In this document: positions 19,250 to 29,255 of the stretch, piece by piece | Numbering within the stretch: position 1 is the first letter of the stretch | Layout: every line of letters starts with the position of its first letter | Origin: an uncultured Actinomycetes bacterium | Lineage (GTDB): Bacteria; Actinomycetota; UBA4738; HRBIN12 | DNA: 64,000 nt | Reading direction: 5' to 3' | Assembly: GCA_963704725.1 (NCBI GenBank) | Contig: OY969934.1 | Span: forward strand, 1,024,001-1,088,000 | The notes under the pieces: generated by a model | The model's input: only the letters and a program-made list of their open reading frames with translations | The model's database searches: none | What the model was told of the DNA's origin: nothing | Program-made: the position numbers and the translations under genes

Positions 19250-21600
19250 GAAGTCGCCTGCGCCGCCTGGATCGCCTCCCACACCTTGCCCGACGTCAGC
19301 GGCATGTCGATGTTGCGCACCCCGAGGTGCCACAGCGCGTCGATCACGGCGTTGACGTAGGCGGCCGGTGAGCCGACCGTGGCCGACTCGCCGACGCCCT
19401 TGGCCCCGATGGGGTGGTGCGGCGACGGCGTGACGGTCATGCCGAGCTCGAACTTGGGCGTCTCCCACGCGGTCGGCAGGAGGTAGTCGGTGAAGTTCGA
19501 GCCGATGCAGTTGCCGTCCTCGTCGAACGTGATCTGCTCCATCGACGCGATGCCGAATCCCTCGGTCAGCCCGCCGTGGATCTGGCCCTCGACGATCATC
19601 GGGTTGATCCGGACGCCGCAGTCGTCCACGGCGACCACGCGATCCACCTTCCACACCCCCGTGTCCGCGTCGACCTCGACCACGACGGCGTACGTGCCGA
19701 ACGGGAACGTCAGGTTCGGCGGGTCGTAGTAGGTCACGCCCTCCAGCCCCGACTCCATGCCGTCGGGGAAGTCGGTGTACGCGGCGAACGCGCACTCCTG
19801 GATCGTCTTGACCCGGTCGGGCGCGCCCCGGACGAAGAACCTCCCCTTGGAGTACTCGATGTCCTCCTCGGACACCTCGAGCAGGTGGGCGGCGAGCTTA
19901 CGGGCCTTGTCGCGGAGCTTGCGCGCCACGATCGCGGTGGCCGCCCCGACCGTCGGCGTGGAGCGCGACGCGTACGTCCCGAGCCCGTACGGCGTGTTGT
20001 CGGTGTCGCCGTGCACCACCTTGATGTCCTCGGGCTGGATCCCGATCTCCTCGGCGACGATCTGCGCGAACGTCGTCTCGTGTCCCTGGCCCTGGGTCTT
20101 CGAGCTGATCTTCAGGATCCCCTTGCCGGTGGGGTGGATCCGCAGCTCGGCGCCGTCGTTCATCTTGAGCCCGAGGATGTCGTAGTCCTTGTGCGGACCG
20201 GCGCCCACCACCTCGGTGAAGCTCGCCAGCCCGATCCCCAGAAGCCGACCCTGAGCCCGGGCCTCGGCCTGCTCGCGCCGCAGCTCCTCGTAGCCGACGG
20301 TCTCGAGCGCGAGGTCCATCGCACCGTGGTAGTCACCGGAGTCGTACTCGAAGCCGGTCACGGATCGGTAAGGGAACTGATCCTTGCGGATGAAGTTCTT
20401 CCTCCGCAGCTCGGCCGGGTCCATGCCGAGCTCGTACGCCGCGTTCTGCACCAGGCGCTCGATCATGTACGAGGCCTCGGTGACGCGGAACGAGCACCGG
20501 TACGCGACGCCGCCCGGGGCCTTGTTCGTGTACGCCCCGTCGGCCGAGACGTGTGCCGCCGGCATGTCGTACGAGCCGGTCACGATGTGGAACAACCCGA
20601 CCTTGAACTTGGACGGCTGGGCGTCGGCGTGGAAGGCCCCCTCGTCCGCGAGGAGCGAGACGCGGAGCCCCTTCATCGTCCCGTCCCGGTCGAGCGCCAG
20701 CTCGCCGTGCATGTGGAAGTCGCGCGCGAACCCTGTCGAGATCAGGTTCTCCGTCCGGTCCTCGATCCACTTGACCGGCCGGCCGAGCAGGAGCGACGCC
20801 GCCGTGGCGACGACGTAGCCGGGGTAGACGGGCACCTTGTTCCCGAACCCGCCGCCGATGTCCGGCGAGATGATCCGGATGTTCTCCTCGGGCAGCCCCG
20901 TCACCAGCGCGAACACCGTGCGGATGGCGTGCGGCGCCTGCGAGGTCATATAGATCGTCGCCTGGCCGGTGGCCGGGTTGACGTCGGCGACGCACCCGCA
21001 CGTCTCCACCGGCGCGGGGTGCGAGCGCGGGTAGAACGTGTCGAGACCGACCACGACGTCGGCGGCGCCGAACGCCGCGTCGGTCGCGTCCTTGTCCCCG
21101 CTCTCCCAGTGGTAGATGTGGTTGCCCTTCTGATCCTCCTTGTCGGTGCGGATCACGGGGGCGTCGGCCTCGAGCGCCCGCTGCGGGGTGACGATCGGCT
21201 CGAGCGGCTCGTAGTCGACGTCGATCAGCTCCAGCGCGTCCCGGGCGACGTAGGCGTCCTCCGCGACGACGGCCGCGACCTCCTGGCCCTGGAACCGGAC
21301 CTTGTCCGTCACGAGCACGGCCTGCGTGTCGTACGACAGGGTGGGCATCCACGCCAGGTTGTGCTGCGCCATCAGCTCGCCGGTCACGACGGCGATCACC
21401 CCCGGCAGCGCCGCCGCCCTCGACGTGTCGATCCCGTTCAGCGTGGCGTGCGCGTAGGGGCTCCGCAGGATCGCCATGTGGAGCATGCCGGGGAGCTTCA
21501 CGTCGTCGATGAACGTGCCCTTGCCCCGGATCAGGCGGTCGTCCTCCTTGCGCCGGACGCTGTGCCCGATGCCCCGGATCTCTTCGGCCTCGGTCGACAT
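19246..21600 (-). CDS. coxL: Aerobic CO dehydrogenase large subunit, form I
   Basis: Active-site motif VAYRCSFR; GGGFGNK, GAKGVGE. Confidence 0.96.
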   Translation of the reverse strand: MSTEAEEIRGIGHSVRRKEDDRLIRGKGTFIDDVKLPGMLHMAILRSPYAHATLNGIDTSRAAALPGVIAVVTGELMAQHNLAWMPTLSYDTQAVLVTDKVRFQGQEVAAVVAEDAYVARDALELIDVDYEPLEPIVTPQRALEADAPVIRTDKEDQKGNHIYHWESGDKDATDAAFGAADVVVGLDTFYPRSHPAPVETCGCVADVNPATGQATIYMTSQAPHAIRTVFALVTGLPEENIRIISPDIGGGFGNKVPVYPGYVVATAASLLLGRPVKWIEDRTENLISTGFARDFHMHGELALDRDGTMKGLRVSLLADEGAFHADAQPSKFKVGLFHIVTGSYDMPAAHVSADGAYTNKAPGGVAYRCSFRVTEASYMIERLVQNAAYELGMDPAELRRKNFIRKDQFPYRSVTGFEYDSGDYHGAMDLALETVGYEELRREQAEARAQGRLLGIGLASFTEVVGAGPHKDYDILGLKMNDGAELRIHPTGKGILKISSKTQGQGHETTFAQIVAEEIGIQPEDIKVVHGDTDNTPYGLGTYASRSTPTVGAATAIVARKLRDKARKLAAHLLEVSEEDIEYSKGRFFVRGAPDRVKTIQECAFAAYTDFPDGMESGLEGVTYYDPPNLTFPFGTYAVVVEVDADTGVWKVDRVVAVDDCGVRINPMIVEGQIHGGLTEGFGIASMEQITFDEDGNCIGSNFTDYLLPTAWETPKFELGMTVTPSPHHPIGAKGVGESATVGSPAAYVNAVIDALWHLGVRNIDMPLTSGKVWEAIQAAQATS

Positions 21601-21613
21601 GCGGGTACCCCCC

Positions 21614-22102
21614 TCAGCTCGCGACGGACGACTCGGCGTCGGCGGCCATGTCCCGCCCGGCCGCCTGGATGGCCTTGACGATGTTCATGTAGCCGGTGCA
21701 CCGGCAGATGTTCCCCGAGATCGCCCACCGGACGTCCTCGTCGCTCGGCGCCGGATCGCGTTCGAGGAGGGCCGTGCCGACGAGCATCATCCCCGGCGTG
21801 CAGAAGCCGCACTGCAGCCCGTGCTCCTCCTTGAACGCGGCCTGGATCGGATGGAGCGCGCCGCCGCTCATCAGGCCCTCGACCGTCGTCATCGCCCGTC
21901 CGTCGGCCTGGACGGCGAACACGGTGCACGACTTGACCGGAACGCCGTCGAGCAGCACCGTGCAGGCGCCGCAGCTCGTGGTGTCGCACCCGACGTGGGT
22001 GCCGCTGAGCTCGAGGCCCTCGCGGACGAAATGGACGAGAAGCGTGCGCGGCTCGACGTCCGCCGTCCGCTCGGCGCCGTTGACCGTGACCGTGATCTGC
22101 AT
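21614..22102 (-). CDS. coxS: CO dehydrogenase small (2Fe-2S) subunit
   Basis: GCDTTSCGAC, QCGFCTPG, CRCTGY. Confidence 0.95.
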   Translation of the reverse strand: MQITVTVNGAERTADVEPRTLLVHFVREGLELSGTHVGCDTTSCGACTVLLDGVPVKSCTVFAVQADGRAMTTVEGLMSGGALHPIQAAFKEEHGLQCGFCTPGMMLVGTALLERDPAPSDEDVRWAISGNICRCTGYMNIVKAIQAAGRDMAADAESSVAS

Positions 22103-22119
22103 CGTCGTCCCCCTCCGCG

Positions 22120-22986
22120 TCAGGCGGCTCGAGCCATCTCGACGGCGCGGGCCAGCCCCCGCCGGACGTACACCTCCACGACGTGCCGCTTGTAGTCGGC
22201 CGACCCGCGCACGTCGCTCACCGGATCGGCGACGGCGGCGGCCAGCCGGCCGGCCTCGGTCATCGCCTCCTCGGTCGGCTCGGCGCCGAGCAGGGATCCC
22301 TCGGCCTCGGCGGCGTGCAGGTTCTTCGAGCCGACGCCGGTGAGCGCGATCCCGGCGCGCCCGATCGTGCCGTCGGTCATCTCGACCTGGACGGCCACCC
22401 CCACGGTGGCGAAGTCGCCGATCTTGCGCTCGAGCTTCAGGTAGGCGCCGCCGAGACGAGCCGAGGGCAGCGGCACCCGGACCTCCGTGAGGAGCTCGTC
22501 GGGCTCCATCGTGGTCGTGAAGAGGTCGACGAGGAACTCGGAGACCGGCACCTCCCGCTCCCCGCGGGCGCTCCGCAGGATCACGCTCGCCCCGGCCGCG
22601 ATCATCGTCGAGCCCCAGTCGCCCGCCGGGTCGGCGTGCGCGAGCGAGCCGCCCACCGTCCCGAGGTTTCGGACGAGGGGATCGGCGATCTGCGGCGCCG
22701 TCGACCACAGGAGGGGATGGCGCGTCCGGATCACGTCCGAGCCGGCCATCTGGTTGTGGCGGACGAGCGCGCCGATCCGCAGGGTGCCGTCCGCGGCTTC
22801 GATCCCGTCCATCGCGGGAACCCGGTTGATGTCGACGAGGTGTGCGGGCGCCGCGAACCGCAGCTTCATCACCGGGATCAGGCTCTGGCCGCCGGCGAGG
22901 ACCTTGGCGTCCTCGAGCGAGCCGAGCAGCCCGAGCGCCTCGTCGATCGACGCGGGCCGGTGGTACTCGAACCGTGCAGGAAGCAT
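22120..22986 (-). CDS. coxM: CO dehydrogenase medium (FAD) subunit
   Basis: AGGQSLIP, RNLGTVGGSLAHADP; gene order M-S-L. Confidence 0.93.
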   Translation of the reverse strand: MLPARFEYHRPASIDEALGLLGSLEDAKVLAGGQSLIPVMKLRFAAPAHLVDINRVPAMDGIEAADGTLRIGALVRHNQMAGSDVIRTRHPLLWSTAPQIADPLVRNLGTVGGSLAHADPAGDWGSTMIAAGASVILRSARGEREVPVSEFLVDLFTTTMEPDELLTEVRVPLPSARLGGAYLKLERKIGDFATVGVAVQVEMTDGTIGRAGIALTGVGSKNLHAAEAEGSLLGAEPTEEAMTEAGRLAAAVADPVSDVRGSADYKRHVVEVYVRRGLARAVEMARAA

Positions 22987-23210
22987 GCCGGAACCTCCCG
23001 TCAGGGATCCGAGGCCGCGGGATGCGGCGGTGTGGCGCGATCGGGCGCGACGGACGGAGGCACCGTCGGCTCGTGCAGGTGGTTGCGCTTGGGGTCCACA
23101 GGCGTCCATTGCGACGGCGTGCCCGACGCGATCGCGAAGCGACTATCACGCAGCGGCCTCGAAAGTTCAACTCAGGCGCCGGCCGTGCGCGGCGGTATCG
23201 TTCGGAACCG

Positions 23211-23660
23211 ATGGCGGCGTCCAATCGCGGGTTCTGGATCGTGTTCATCGCGCTCGGCGTGGGCGGCATCGCCCTCGTCGTCCTCGTGATCGCGTTCCGG
23301 CCCGTGGCCCGGACCGGGGCGGTGGCCTATGCCCAGTCGAACCTGCGCACCGCGGCCGAGGCCGCCCGCCACGTCGCCGACCAGGACGGCTCGCTCGGCG
23401 CCGCCACGGCGCTTCGGATGCGTTCGGAGCCAGACGTCTCGGACCTCCTGTTCATCGACCCGGACACGAGCTCGAACGACTCCGAGATCGTGAGCGTGCT
23501 GGCGACCCCCGACGCCTGGACGGGGGCGGCGAGGGCCGACACCGGCCAGTGCTTCTGGGTGCGCGTCGAGGCAACCGGATCGACCGTGTTCGGGACCGGC
23601 ACCAACTGCTCGGCCGACGAGGCGGGCGCGGCGGCGCCGGGAGCCTGGCCCGAGCCGTAA
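23211..23660 (+). CDS. Pilin-like membrane-anchored protein
   Basis: RG|F-like N-terminus, hydrophobic helix, AQSNLRTA, C-terminal Cys pair. Confidence 0.55.
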   Translation: MAASNRGFWIVFIALGVGGIALVVLVIAFRPVARTGAVAYAQSNLRTAAEAARHVADQDGSLGAATALRMRSEPDVSDLLFIDPDTSSNDSEIVSVLATPDAWTGAARADTGQCFWVRVEATGSTVFGTGTNCSADEAGAAAPGAWPEP

Positions 23661-23734
23661 CCGCGGACTCGCGCGAAACGAACGACCGCATTACCATCGT
23701 CGCTTCCTGACCCGCTGCGCGGAAAGGGGGACCC

Positions 23735-24211
23735 GTGACGCACGTCTCGGTCACCGTCAACGGGATCGCGCGTGAGGCCGACGTCGAGCCTCGCACGCTC
23801 CTCGTCTACTTCCTCCGGGAGACCCTCGGGCTCACGGGGACCAACGTCGGCTGCGATACCTCCTCGTGCGGCGCGTGCACCGTGCACGTCGACGGCGAGT
23901 CCGTGAAGTCGTGCACGATGCTTGCCGTCCAGGCCGACGGCCGCGAGGTCGCGACGATCGAGGGGATGGCCTCCGACGGGCAGCTTCATCCCATCCAGGA
24001 GGCCTTCCACCGCAACCACGGACTGCAATGCGGCTACTGCACGCCGGGCATGATCATGGCGGCGGCCAGCTACCTGAAGGAGAACCCGAACCCGACCGAG
24101 GAGCAGGTGCGCGAGTCCCTCGAGGGCAATCTGTGCCGCTGCACCGGCTACCACAACATCGTGAAGTCCATCCTCGACGCCGCCGCGCACATGAGCGGCG
24201 CCACGGCATAG
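23735..24211 (+). CDS. coxS: CoxS-like 2Fe-2S subunit (form II cluster)
   Basis: [24 protein letters not shown]. Confidence 0.93.
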   Translation: MTHVSVTVNGIAREADVEPRTLLVYFLRETLGLTGTNVGCDTSSCGACTVHVDGESVKSCTMLAVQADGREVATIEGMASDGQLHPIQEAFHRNHGLQCGYCTPGMIMAAASYLKENPNPTEEQVRESLEGNLCRCTGYHNIVKSILDAAAHMSGATA

Positions 24212-24221
24212 GGGGCGCGAG

Positions 24222-26585
24222 ATGGCGGTCACCGAGAAGTACGTGGGGCGGCCCGTCCTGCGCAAGGAGGACCCGGAGCTGCTCGCGGGGCAGGCGCGGT
24301 ACATCGACAACCTCACTGCGCCCGGCATGGTGTGGATGGCGATGGTGCGGAGCCCGTTCGCACACGCCACGCTGAAAGGGATCGACTCCTCGAAGGCGGC
24401 GGCGATGCCCGGCGTGATCGGTGTGTTCACCGCGGCCGATCTCGCCGACGAATGGGGCGGGCCGCTGCCGTTCGTCTGGCCGATCACCGAGGACATCAAG
24501 GTTCCCGTCCACTGGCCGCTCACGAGCGACAAGGCTCGGTACCAGGGCGACGGCGTGGCCGTCGTCGTCGCCGCGACCCGCGCGCAGGCCGAGGACGCGG
24601 CGGAGTCCGTCTCGGTCGACTGGGACCAGCTCCCGGCCGTGATCGAGCTGGAGGAGGCCGCGACGGACGCCGTCGTGATCCACGACGACCTCGGCACGAA
24701 CGTGGTAGTGCACTGGAGCCACGGCGGTGGCGGCGACCAGTCGATCTTCGACACCGCCGACGTCGTCGTGAAGGAGCGCTACCTCGGACCGCGTCTCATC
24801 CCCAACGCCATCGAGCCCCGAGGATGCCTTGCGCAGCCCGTTCCGGCCATGGGCGAGTTCACGCTGTTCAGCTCGACGCAGATCCCGCACATCGCGAGGG
24901 TCACGCTCGGCGGGACGTGCAACATCCCCGAGTCCAGGCTCCGCGTGGTCGCGCCGGACGTCGGCGGCGGGTTCGGCTCGAAGCTGAACGTGTACGCCGA
25001 GGAGGCGCTCTGCCTGGTGCTGGCGCGCCGTCTGAAGCTGCCCGTGAAATGGATCGAGACCCGGTCGGAGAACTTCCTGGCCACGATCCATGGCCGCGGG
25101 GTCATCCACGACGTCGAGCTGGCCGCGACGAGCGAGGGCAAGATCCTCGGGATCCGCGTGAAGGAGCTGGCCGACATGGGCGCGTACTACCAGCTCCTCA
25201 CGCCGGGCATCCCCGAGCTCGGTGGGTGGGTCTACATGGGCCCGTACGACATGCAGGCGTACTGGTACGAGTTCACCGGCGTGATGACCAACGCCACGCC
25301 GACGGACGCCTACCGGGGAGCCGGCCGTCCCGAGGCGACGTACGTGCTCGAGCGCGCCGTCGACGCGCTGGCCCGCACGATCGGCAAGGATCCGGCGGAG
25401 GTCCGCAGGATCTCCCTGGTGCCGAAGTTCCTCGAGGCCAGGACCGCGATCAGCGGTCTGAACGTCGACTCCGGCGACTACGAGGCCGGACTGGACCGGG
25501 CCCTCGAGCTCGTCGGCTACCAGGACGTCCGCAAGGAGCAGCGGACCCGTCGCGAGCGCGGCGACGCGAAGCAGCTCGGTGTGGGCGTCTCCACCTACAT
25601 CGAGATGTGCGGCCTCGCGCCGTCGAACATCCTCGGCGCGCTCCGCTATGCCGCCGGCGGGTGGGACGCCTGCGTCGTGCAATGCCTTCCCGACGGCAAG
25701 GTGATCCTGAAGATCGGCACCTCGCCACACGGCCAGGGGCACGTCACCACCTGGGCCCAGATCGCCTCCGACACGCTCGGCGTGACGCCGGAGGACGTCG
25801 AGGTGCTCCACGGGGACACGGCGGTCGCGCCGCTGGGGATGGACACGTACGGCTCCCGCAGCGTGTCGGTGGGGGCGACCGCCCTGTACTTCGCGCTGGA
25901 GAAGATCAAGGAGAAGGCGCGCACCCTGGCCGCGCACGAGCTCGAGGTGGCCGAGGAGGACCTCGACTTCGAGGGCGGCAGGTTCTCCGTGAAGGGCGCG
26001 CCCGACAAGGCGAGGACGATCACCGATCTCGCGGTCTCGGCTTGGCACGCCCACGCCCTCCCGGCGGGGTTCGAGCCGAACCTCGAGGCCACGGCGGTGT
26101 GGGACCCGCCCAACTTCACCTGGCCCGGTGGCACCCACGTCTGCGTCGTCGAGGTCGACACGGAGACCGGCGCCAGTCACATCCTGAAGTACGTCGCGGT
26201 CGACGACTGCGGCGTCGTGATCAACCCCATGATCGTGGAGGGGCAGGTCCACGGAGGCGTGGCTCAGGGGATCGCCGAGGCGCTGTTCGAGGAGGCGAGC
26301 TACGACGACCAGGGCAACCTGGTCACGGGCTCGCTCACTCAGTACCTGGTCCCCGCGGCCTCGGAGATGCCCTCGTTCGTGGTCGATCGGACCGAGACGC
26401 CGTCCACCACGAATCCGCTCGGCGTGAAGGGCATCGGGGAGGCCGGCACCATCGCGGCCCCACCCACGGTGGTCAACGCCGTGATCGACGCCGTGAGCCA
26501 CCTCGGAGTGACCCACATCGAGAAGCCCGCCTCGCCCGAGCGCGTGTGGAGAGCCATCCACGGAGCGGAAGGGGGTGCCACATGA
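24222..26585 (+). CDS. Form II CoxL-like molybdopterin-binding subunit
   Basis: Active-site motif AYRGAGR; gene order S-L-M. Confidence 0.93.
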   Translation: MAVTEKYVGRPVLRKEDPELLAGQARYIDNLTAPGMVWMAMVRSPFAHATLKGIDSSKAAAMPGVIGVFTAADLADEWGGPLPFVWPITEDIKVPVHWPLTSDKARYQGDGVAVVVAATRAQAEDAAESVSVDWDQLPAVIELEEAATDAVVIHDDLGTNVVVHWSHGGGGDQSIFDTADVVVKERYLGPRLIPNAIEPRGCLAQPVPAMGEFTLFSSTQIPHIARVTLGGTCNIPESRLRVVAPDVGGGFGSKLNVYAEEALCLVLARRLKLPVKWIETRSENFLATIHGRGVIHDVELAATSEGKILGIRVKELADMGAYYQLLTPGIPELGGWVYMGPYDMQAYWYEFTGVMTNATPTDAYRGAGRPEATYVLERAVDALARTIGKDPAEVRRISLVPKFLEARTAISGLNVDSGDYEAGLDRALELVGYQDVRKEQRTRRERGDAKQLGVGVSTYIEMCGLAPSNILGALRYAAGGWDACVVQCLPDGKVILKIGTSPHGQGHVTTWAQIASDTLGVTPEDVEVLHGDTAVAPLGMDTYGSRSVSVGATALYFALEKIKEKARTLAAHELEVAEEDLDFEGGRFSVKGAPDKARTITDLAVSAWHAHALPAGFEPNLEATAVWDPPNFTWPGGTHVCVVEVDTETGASHILKYVAVDDCGVVINPMIVEGQVHGGVAQGIAEALFEEASYDDQGNLVTGSLTQYLVPAASEMPSFVVDRTETPSTTNPLGVKGIGEAGTIAAPPTVVNAVIDAVSHLGVTHIEKPASPERVWRAIHGAEGGAT

Positions 26586-27412
26586 TCCCCGCACCCTTCG
26601 ACTACCAGCGGGTCGCCTCCGTCGACGACGCGATCCAGGCCCTGACCGACAACGCGGACTCGAAGATCATCGCGGGCGGCCACTCGCTGCTGCCGTTGAT
26701 GCGGTTGCGTCTGGCCCGGCCGGCGATGCTCGTCGACATCGCGCGGATCGGCGACCTCTCGTACGTGCGGGAGGACGGCGACCGCGTCGCGATCGGCGCG
26801 CTCACCCGTCACCACGACATCGCGAACAGCGAGGCGCTGCAGGAGCTCTGCCCCATCGTGTCGTACGCCGCCAGCTTGATCGGCGACCCGCAGGTCCGGC
26901 ACGTCGGCACGATCGGCGGGTCGGTCTCGCACTCCGACCCGGCCTCGGACATGCCCACCGTCCTCGTCGCCCTCGGCGCCGAGCTGGTCGTCCGTGGCCC
27001 CGGCGGCGCGTCGCGGACGGTCGCGGCGGCCGACTTCTTCAAGGGGCTGTTCGATCCCGACCTGGCGACGAACGAGGTCCTGACCGAGATCCGGGTCCCC
27101 AAGACGGCGGGCCGAGGATGGAGCTACCTGAAGTTCAGCCGCCGCGCGCAGGACTGGGCACTCGTGGGCGTGGCCGCGCTCACGCCGAACGGGGCCGGCC
27201 CGGCCGTGGCGCTCACGAACATGTCCGACCACCCCGTCCGGGCGACGGGCGTGGAGGAGGCTCTGGCCGGCGGCGCGGACCCCTCGGCCGCCGCGGCCCG
27301 GGCGGCCGAGGGGACGAGCCCGCCGAGCGATGCCTTCGCCAGCGCCGAGTACCGGCGGGAGGTCGTCAAGGTCCTCGTGCGGCGGGCCCTCGAGGAGGCG
27401 ATGAGCAGGTAG
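26582..27412 (+). CDS. CoxM-like FAD subunit (form II cluster)
   Basis: MIPAPFDY, AGGHSLLP, IGDPQVRHVGTIGGS; ATGA overlap. Confidence 0.92.
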   Translation: MIPAPFDYQRVASVDDAIQALTDNADSKIIAGGHSLLPLMRLRLARPAMLVDIARIGDLSYVREDGDRVAIGALTRHHDIANSEALQELCPIVSYAASLIGDPQVRHVGTIGGSVSHSDPASDMPTVLVALGAELVVRGPGGASRTVAAADFFKGLFDPDLATNEVLTEIRVPKTAGRGWSYLKFSRRAQDWALVGVAALTPNGAGPAVALTNMSDHPVRATGVEEALAGGADPSAAAARAAEGTSPPSDAFASAEYRREVVKVLVRRALEEAMSR

Positions 27413-27451
27413 CGGCCCGCCCTTTGACGCTCCCGGCCCGAATCTGACTCA

Positions 27452-28327
27452 ATGGGGGGCATGCTCGGACTGGCGAACTGCGGGCGCTTCCAGGGCTGGT
27501 TCGACTGCTGGGGGCTCTCCGTGGCAATCGCGCTGGCCGTCGCGGTCATCGTGACGATCGGGCTCCAGCTCGTTGTCCGGGGGTTCCGCCGCAAGCTCGA
27601 GGGCACCGCCAGCGCCACGCAGGAGCTGAACATCCAGCGCGTCACGACGCTGACCGGCGCCCTGTCGACGACCGGGATCGTCGTCACGTGGACGATATCG
27701 GTGCTCATCGTCCTCGACAGCCTGGGCGTGCCGCTCGCCGCCGTGTTCGCGAGCGCCGGGGTCGCGGGCGTGGCGCTGGGGTTCGGGGCCCAGTCGATCG
27801 TGAAGGACACGCTGTCGGGGTTCTTCATCCTGCTCGAGAACCAGTTCGGCGTGGGGGACGTGGTCGAGGTCGCCACGACCGGTGGGCACGTCGGTGGGAA
27901 GGTCGAGGGGCTCACGATGCGCGTCACGACGCTTCGCGCGTTCGACGGCACGCTGAACTCCGTCCCCAACGGGAACATCCAGTTCGTCAGCAACAAGTCG
28001 CGCGGCTGGGCCCGGGCCATCGTCGACGTGCGCGTCGCGTACGGCGAGGACGTGGACCGGGTGCGCGGGATCCTGGAGGACCTGTTCGAGGACCTCCGCA
28101 CGGACCAGTCGCTCTCGGACTGGATCCGGGAGGGCCCGAGCGTGCTCGGCGTCGAGACGATGGCCGACTACGCGCTCATCGTCCGGGTCATCGCCGACAC
28201 CCGGCCGTCGAAGCGCTACGACACGGAGCGGATCCTGCGCGAGCGCATCGCCGCGCGCCTGGACGCCGAGGGCATCCGGGTCCCGCTGCCGCCCACCGGC
28301 GTCCCGGGGTCGGGCACCACGGCCTGA
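27452..28327 (+). CDS. MscS-family mechanosensitive channel
   Basis: GVALGFGAQSIVKD, ENQFGVGDVV, VPNG. Confidence 0.92.
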   Translation: MGGMLGLANCGRFQGWFDCWGLSVAIALAVAVIVTIGLQLVVRGFRRKLEGTASATQELNIQRVTTLTGALSTTGIVVTWTISVLIVLDSLGVPLAAVFASAGVAGVALGFGAQSIVKDTLSGFFILLENQFGVGDVVEVATTGGHVGGKVEGLTMRVTTLRAFDGTLNSVPNGNIQFVSNKSRGWARAIVDVRVAYGEDVDRVRGILEDLFEDLRTDQSLSDWIREGPSVLGVETMADYALIVRVIADTRPSKRYDTERILRERIAARLDAEGIRVPLPPTGVPGSGTTA

Positions 28328-28370
28328 GCCCTGTCCGGGATCGCGGACGGCCGGTTACGCTGAGCCCGAC

Positions 28371-29255
28371 ATGGGGCAGCCGCCGTTCGCGTCGGTGGAG
28401 GAGCTGCAGGCCGCGTTGCAGCGCGAGCGCTACCTGGCGGACCGGGGCCTGGCCACGGCGATCTACCTCGCCGTCTCGCTCGACAAGCCGCTCCTGCTCG
28501 AGGGCGAGGCGGGGGTGGGCAAGACCGAGGTGGCCAAGGTGCTCGCCGCGCTCTTGGACCGCGACCTGATCCGGCTCCAGTGCTACGAGGGGATCGACGC
28601 CAGCCAGGCCCTGTACGAGTGGAACTACTCGCGGCAGCTCCTCGCGGTCCGCGCGATGCAGGACGCGACCGCCGAGGCCCACGTGCAGGACCTGTTCGGC
28701 CCCGAGTTCCTGGTGGAGCGGCCGCTGCTCGCGGCGATCCGCGCCGGCTCGAGCGCCGTCCTCCTGGTCGACGAGCTCGACCGCGCCGACGACGAGTTCG
28801 AGGCGTTCCTGCTCGAGATCCTGTCCGAGTTCGCGGTGACGATCCCCGAGGTCGGGCGGATCGGCGCGCAGCAGCCGCCCGCGGTCGTCGTCACGTCGAA
28901 CCGGACGCGCGAGCTCCACGACGCGCTCAAACGCCGGTGCCTCTACCACTGGATCGACCACCCGGCGCTCGACCGCGAGATCGAGATCATCCGGGCGCGC
29001 GCCCCGGAGGTTCCCGAGGCGCTGGCCCGGGACGTCGCCGCGGCGGTGAACCGCCTGCGCGCGTTCGACATCGCCAAGCGGCCGGGCGTGGCCGAGACGA
29101 TCGACTGGGCCAACGCCGTCTCGTTCCTCGGCGTCGACCGGCTGGACGAGGAGACCGCGGCCGCGACCCTCGGCTCGGTCCTGAAGGACCACGACGACCA
29201 GGAGCTGGCCGTCCCGCGCCTGGCCGAGGTCGTCGGCGATGGCGGCGAGTCCTGA
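28371..29255 (+). CDS. coxD: MoxR AAA+ ATPase (CoxD)
   Basis: LEGEAGVGKT, RLQCYEG, DELDRAD, HDALKRRCLY. Confidence 0.9.
   Translation: MGQPPFASVEELQAALQRERYLADRGLATAIYLAVSLDKPLLLEGEAGVGKTEVAKVLAALLDRDLIRLQCYEGIDASQALYEWNYSRQLLAVRAMQDATAEAHVQDLFGPEFLVERPLLAAIRAGSSAVLLVDELDRADDEFEAFLLEILSEFAVTIPEVGRIGAQQPPAVVVTSNRTRELHDALKRRCLYHWIDHPALDREIEIIRARAPEVPEALARDVAAAVNRLRAFDIAKRPGVAETIDWANAVSFLGVDRLDEETAAATLGSVLKDHDDQELAVPRLAEVVGDGGES

Noticed and set aside
24222-26585. Second coxL as a true CO dehydrogenase
   Set aside because: AYRGAGR lacks the Cu-binding Cys; CO oxidation cannot be assumed.
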